A DNA stretch of 64,000 nucleotides, taken from positions 269,948,001 to 270,012,000 of the forward strand of contig OZ024743.1 of assembly GCA_964016885.1 (NCBI GenBank). Reading direction: 5' to 3'. Both the position numbers and the translations under genes were made by a program. This document shows, piece by piece, positions 62,601 to 64,000 of the stretch; the first letter of the stretch is position 1; the number at the start of each line of letters is the position of its first letter. Below the pieces are notes generated by a model. That model was not told where the DNA came from, did not search any database, and saw nothing but the letters and a program-made list of their open reading frames with translations. The DNA comes from Eledone cirrhosa (Eukaryota).

Positions 62601-64000
62601 GTAGTAGTGTTTGAGGTGGTGTTGATGTTAGTGGTGTTGGTAGTAGTGTTTGACGTGGTGTTGATGTTAGTGGGGTTGGGGGTAGTGTTTGAGGTGGTGT
62701 TGATGTTAGTGGTGTTGGTAGTAGTGTTTGAGGTGGTGTTGATGTTAGTGGGGTTGGGGGTAGTGTTTGAGGTGCTGTTGATGTTAGTGGTGTTGGTAGT
62801 AGTGTTTGAGGTGGTGTTGATGTTAGTGGTGTTGGTAGTAGTGTTTGAGGTGGTGTTGATGTTAGTGGTGTTGGTAGTAGTGTTTGAGGTGGTGTTGATG
62901 TTAGTGGGGTTGGGGGTAGTGTTTGAGGTGGTGTTGATGTTAGCGGTGTTGGTAGTAGTGTTTGAGGTGGTGTTGATGTTAGTGGGGTTGGGGGTAGTGT
63001 TTGAGGTGGTGTTGATGTTAGCGGTGTTGGTAGTAGTGTTTGAGGTGCTGTTGATGTTAGTGGTGTTGGTAGTAGTGTTTGAGGTGGTGTTGATGTTAGC
63101 GGTGTTGGTAGTAGTGTTTGAGGTGGTGTTGATGTTAGTGGTGTTGGTAGTAGTGTTTGAGGTGGTGTTGATGTTAGTGGTGTTGGTAGTAGTGTTTGAG
63201 GAGGTGTTGATTTCAGTGGTGTTGGTAGTAGTGTTTGAGGTGGTGTTGATGTTAGTGGTGTTGGTAGTAGTGTTTGAGGTGGTGTTGATGTTAGCAGTGT
63301 TGGTAGTAGTGTTTGACGTGGTGTCGATGTTAGTGGTGTTGGTAGTAGTGTTTGAGGTGGTGTTGATGTTAGTGGTGTTGGTAGTAGGGTTTGAGGAGGT
63401 GTTGATGTTAGTGGTGTTGGTAGTAGTGTTTGAGGTGGTGTTGATGTTAGTGGTGTTGGTAGTAGTGTTTGAGGTGGTGTTGACGTTAGTGGTGTTGGTA
63501 GTAGTGTTTGAGGTGGTGTTGATGTTAGTGGTGTTGGTAGTAGTGTTTGAGGTGGTGTTGATGTTAGTGGAGTTGGGGGTAGTGTTTGAGGTGGTGTTGA
63601 TGTTAGTGGTGTTGGTAGTAGTGTTTGAGGTGGTGTTGATGTTAGTGGTGTTGGTAGTAGTGTTTGAGGTGGTGTTGGTAATAGTGTTTGAGGTTGTCTT
63701 GATATTAGCGGTGTTGGTAGTAGTGTTTGAGGTGGTGTTGATGTTAGCGGTGTTGGTAGTAGTGTTTGAGGTGGTGTTGATGTTAGTGGTGTTGGTAGTA
63801 GTGTTTGAGGTGGTGTTGATGTTAGTGGTGTTGGTAGTAGTATTTGAGGTGGTGTTGATGTTAGTGGTGTTGGTAGTAGTGTTTGAGGTGGTGTTGATGT
63901 TAGTGGTGTTGGTAGTAGTGTTTGAGGTGGTGTTGGTAGTAGTGTTTGAGGTGGTGTTGATGTTAGTGGTATTGGTAGTAGTGTTTGAGGTGGTGTTGAT

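Larger units (their letters stand above)
1..64000. repeat. Tandem satellite/minisatellite array of a 39-bp monomer (GTGTTTGAGGTGGTGTTGATGTTAGTGGTGTTGGTAGTA), ~1,640 copies, running off both window edges
   Basis: The monomer is readable throughout (pure consensus run at ~950-1290). The ORF track shows a 13-aa period in every translation. I saw no inversion and no unique insert. Confidence 0.99.

Noticed and set aside
1-64000. CRISPR array or repeat-spacer system (unit length ~39 bp)
   Set aside because: Units are directly adjacent with no unique spacers, no palindrome, no leader and no cas genes.
1-64000. Bisulfite-converted DNA artefact (C-depleted strand with residual CpG)
   Set aside because: Non-CpG cytosines recur at paralogous positions (GGCAG, GTGCTG, GATCTT, GTTCTG), and the continuity over 64 kb is incompatible with bisulfite reads.
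1-64000. Rolling-circle/MDA concatemer or purely synthetic repeat
   Set aside because: Variants are shared hierarchically among nested blocks of different sizes, which indicates an evolutionary history rather than copies of one template with random errors.
1-64000. Shine-Dalgarno-like GAGGTG/GAGGAGGTG upstream of ATG in each monomer
   Set aside because: This is a chance product of the G-rich monomer. There is no prokaryotic gene context.

Overview
All 64 kb is one uninterrupted, head-to-tail, single-orientation tandem array of a 39-bp monomer, roughly 1,640 copies (64000/39). The + strand consensus is GTG TTT GAG GTG GTG TTG ATG TTA GTG GTG TTG GTA GTA (17 G, 17 T, 5 A, 0 C). There is no unique sequence and no recognisable gene, RNA gene, transposon or CRISPR spacer. 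The listed ORFs arise because the monomer is 13 codons long and three of six frames are stop-free in the consensus: + VFEVVLMLVVLVV, - NTTTNTTNINTTS and - LLPTPLTSTPPQT. Recurrent 38-bp and 37-bp monomers and in-frame stops break all of these frames. The information in the window lies in the order of variant monomers. That order shows a recurring multi-monomer cassette, many 1.8-5.7 kb block duplications, regionally restricted variants, apparent CpG decay and one short scrambled patch. The best reading is a eukaryotic-type satellite/minisatellite array, possibly derived from a mucin-like Thr/Asn-rich coding repeat or from a (sub)telomeric G/T-rich repeat. The organism cannot be identified from this window. 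I found no evidence for a novel multi-gene system, and all functional ideas below are hypotheses.
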